Source of the DNA: Octopus sinensis
Taxonomy: Eukaryota
NCBI RefSeq assembly: GCF_006345805.1
Contig: NW_021823987.1
Coordinates: forward strand, 1-22,660
DNA: 22,660 nucleotides
Reading direction: 5' to 3'
Each line of letters opens with the position of its first letter. Position 1 is the first letter of the stretch. The position numbers and the translations under genes are program-made. Below are positions 20,180 through 22,660 of the stretch, piece after piece. A model generated the notes under the pieces. That model worked only from the letters and a program-made list of their open reading frames with translations. It was not told the DNA's origin and ran no database searches.

Positions 20180-20470
20180 GCAATCAGTCAATGACAGACT
20201 CCAGTTAAAAATCTCAGATTTCCTGACTAAACGGTTGACTTTCTGATTAGATTGAACGATTTGTGACTTGGTGGCAGACTTTCTCACGAAATTATAAACT
20301 TTCTCACTAAATAGCAAAATCTAAGAGTAAAATAGTGGGCGTTTTGATTTAACGGAAGATGTTCTGGCTCAGTGGCAGACATTTTAACTATATAGCAGGT
20401 TTCCCCGACTAATTGGCAAGGATTTTGACTAAATGAAAGAACTTTTGAGCAAAAGATAGAATTTCTGATA
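20180..20470. repeat. Degenerate ~20-bp tandem repeat, about 13-14 units (consensus ~TTTCTGACTAAATGGCAGAC)
   Basis: Units such as TTTCTGATTAGATTGAACGA, TTTGTGACTTGGTGGCAGAC, TTTCTCACTAAATAGCAAAA and GTTCTGGCTCAGTGGCAGAC recur at 20-21 bp spacing. Confidence 0.65.
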
Positions 20471-20904
20471 CCCTGAATAAGAAATATTAAATACTTTCAA
20501 CATTACAATGGTACTTTTCCTTTCCTAGGGGACAGAATCTGGTCTCCATACCATTTATTTTATGCTTTTTATTCTTTTACAAGAACCCCGCATTCCTTAA
20601 TATTCCAAACGACGTGGATATATTTGTATAGAACCTATAGTGGTATTTTTGTGGTTGTTGTTTTTGTTGTTGTTGCTTAACCTTAGTCCGAACTTTCTCC
20701 AGCATTTCTAATGGTCAAAAACACTCCAGCCACGTTTAATCCACCTTTATTTTTTCTCATGGTATTTTGTATTACATTATCCGAACTGTTCCCGTCTTTA
20801 TGAAAAGCAAGAGTCTGTAATTGGAAGGGAACGGAGTTTAGTTGCTATTTCTAGGGGATCAAGTGACATCAGACAGCCTCATTGGCTGGCTCTTGTATAG
20901 GATT

Positions 20905-21690
20905 AATGGTAGTGGTGCACTGGTATTGTCATGGTGATGGTTGTAGTAGAGGTAGTGATAGTAACAGTAGAAGTATTGGTGGTAGTATTTTCAGCAGAAG
21001 TGGTTGAGGTCTTGATGGTAACGGTTATAGTGGTGGTTGAGGTGATTATAGTGAAAGCGATGGTTGAAGTTGGGGGAACTCTGGTGGTGGTGATGGTGAT
21101 GGTGGTTGCAGTTAAGACAGAGGAATTATTATAGATGCGGTAATTGTGGTGGTGGCAGAGGTTGTGGTAGTGATAACGATTGCAGTGGTGATGGTTGTGG
21201 TAGCAGGTAGTTTTGGTGGAGGTGGTGGTGGTAGTGGTAGTGATAACAATTGCAGTGGTGATGGTTGTGGTAGTAGGTAGATTTGGCGGTGGTGATGGTG
21301 GTGGTGGTGGTTGTAAGTAGTGATAGTGATAGTGTGATTATGCAACTGGTGGTGGTGGTGGCGGCGGTGGTGGTAGTGCCGGCGGTGGGGTGGGGTGGGG
21401 GTAGTTAACGAGGATGTTATGTTGGCCGGGTGGCTGTGGTAGTGTTGGTGGAGGTAGTTGTGTGTATATGCATGTGTAAGTATGTGTGTGTGTGTCTGTG
21501 TATGCGTAGATGTATGTGTAGGCGTGTGTATATGAGTAGGCGTAAGCGAGTGTATGTACAAGTCTGCGTGTAAGTGTGTAAGTCTGTGTGCGTGTGTGTA
21601 TATATGTGTATAATTGTGTGTGAGTGTGTGTGTATACCTGTATGTATGTGTGTGTAAGAGTGTGTGTCGGGGGAGGGGGTGCATGTGTGT
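20905..21690. repeat. (GTG/GTA)n-rich low-complexity tract followed by (TG)n-rich tract
   Basis: Direct inspection; includes a 70-bp-period duplication at about 21166/21236. Confidence 0.9.
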
Positions 21691-21829
21691 TGTCATTAAA
21701 TCTCTGAGTTATGGCTGCTCTTTCAGATCGCTACCTACTTCCGGTCTTGAAACATCCTCGGATCTAACATTGACCATAATGACCGGAAACAGATGTTGGC
21801 CACGTTCTACAAACCTCCACCCGATACAA

Positions 21830-22190
21830 AGCACCCCTCCTCCCCCTCTACCTCATCCTTCTTCTTGCTCACACTCACCGCTGCATCCTCTGTTCAATGC
21901 CAGCACTACCACCGTCGCCACCACCACTTCAACCAAGATCAACAGCAACGAACCACCCCCTCCAACACCACCCATCACTACACCTCCCACTTCACCCATT
22001 TCTCTATAAACTCCCTATACCAATGTCCTCCTCCCTCGCCGTACTTTCTCTCACTGTTCGTGATCTGTGACCTTCTTCTTCTTCTCCTCCTCCTCCTCCT
22101 CCTTCTTCTTCTCCTCCTTCTTCTTCTCCTCCTCCTTCTTCTTCAGCATCATTATCATATTATTAAGAGAGAGAGTGAGAGTGAGAGAGA
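21830..22190. repeat. (CAC)n, (CTT/CTC)n and (GA)n low-complexity tracts
   Basis: Direct inspection. Confidence 0.85.
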
Positions 22191-22493
22191 AAGAGCAACT
22201 CATGCCATCCCTGAATAAGGGTTGTTTTAGGATGTTGAACAAATCACCCGTTTCCAGAGGTGAGTTATTCAAACCCCAAAGAATCCCTCTCAACACAGGG
22301 CTATGATGCTCCCCAAATACTCATGCTAGTGGACAGAGATGCATATCACGTCAGTCACTAAGGGACATGGTCAACTGGTTATGGTCACGTAACTGGTAAA
22401 CAAGTCTGTGGTATTGAACTAAATATTTGTTGTAATCCATCTTTTACACGAAGAAGAAACATGTTCAAGTTAACACTTCCAATCAGTTAAGAT
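22147..22493 (-). mobile_element. Internally deleted copy of the 18243-18760 repeat
   Basis: GAGCAACTCATGCCATC is joined directly to CCTGAATAAGG, lacking about 200 bp present in the other copy. Confidence 0.7.
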
Positions 22494-22495
22494 TA

Positions 22496-22660
22496 GGCGA
22501 AAGAGTGGCTGTGTGGTAAGTAGCTTGCTTTCCAACCACATGGTTCCGGGTTCGGTCCACTGCGTGGCACCTTGGGCAAGTGTCTTCTACTATAGCCACG
22601 GGCCGACCAAAACCTTGTGAGTGGATTTGGTAGACAGAAACTTAAAGAACCCGTCGTGTA
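22496..22660 (+). mobile_element. Family 2 CORE-type tRNA SINE head (runs off the window)
   Basis: A-box TGGCTGTGTGG (22506-22516), B-box-like GGGTTCGGTCC, CORE-like GGCACCTTGGGCAAGTGTCTTCTACTATAGCC. Confidence 0.9.

Noticed and set aside
20143-20200. Splice-acceptor-like site suggesting an exon
   Set aside because: No convincing downstream reading frame or donor site could be identified.
435-22306. ORFs with HT/CV/YI/poly-Y/poly-L/poly-V translations
   Set aside because: They are translations of microsatellites and low-complexity tracts, with no domain motifs or exon structure.

Overview
Eukaryotic, AT-rich, microsatellite-dense non-coding DNA (intergenic or intronic). The repeat families look like those of a cephalopod (Octopus-type) genome, which is an inference from recalled SINE sequences. 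No intact protein-coding gene is supported; nearly all listed ORFs are translations of (CA)n/(TA)n/(TAT)n/(GTG)n repeats or of SINEs. Recognisable content: many copies of two tRNA-derived SINE families (one with a Meta/MESC-like core, often in head-to-tail multimers; one CORE-type with an internal microsatellite), a mariner transposase C-terminal relic with a 109-bp duplication, and a 5'-truncated R4/Dong-clade LINE ending in a (TAA)n tract. The most interesting signal is a high density of hammerhead-ribozyme-like motifs with short palindromic stem III (2395-2440, 3153-3200, 5761-5860, 7075-7225, plus weaker relics). Two sit in the loop of long inverted repeats, and two or three carry a CCGANGA core variant. 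In addition, a three-copy repeat (1-412, 4519-4710, 13200-13610) has covarying, pseudoknotted helices and hammerhead core segments in a non-canonical order. A compact CCAAT + CRE/ETS regulatory island lies near 10.3 kb and a degenerate 20-bp tandem array near 20.2-20.5 kb.
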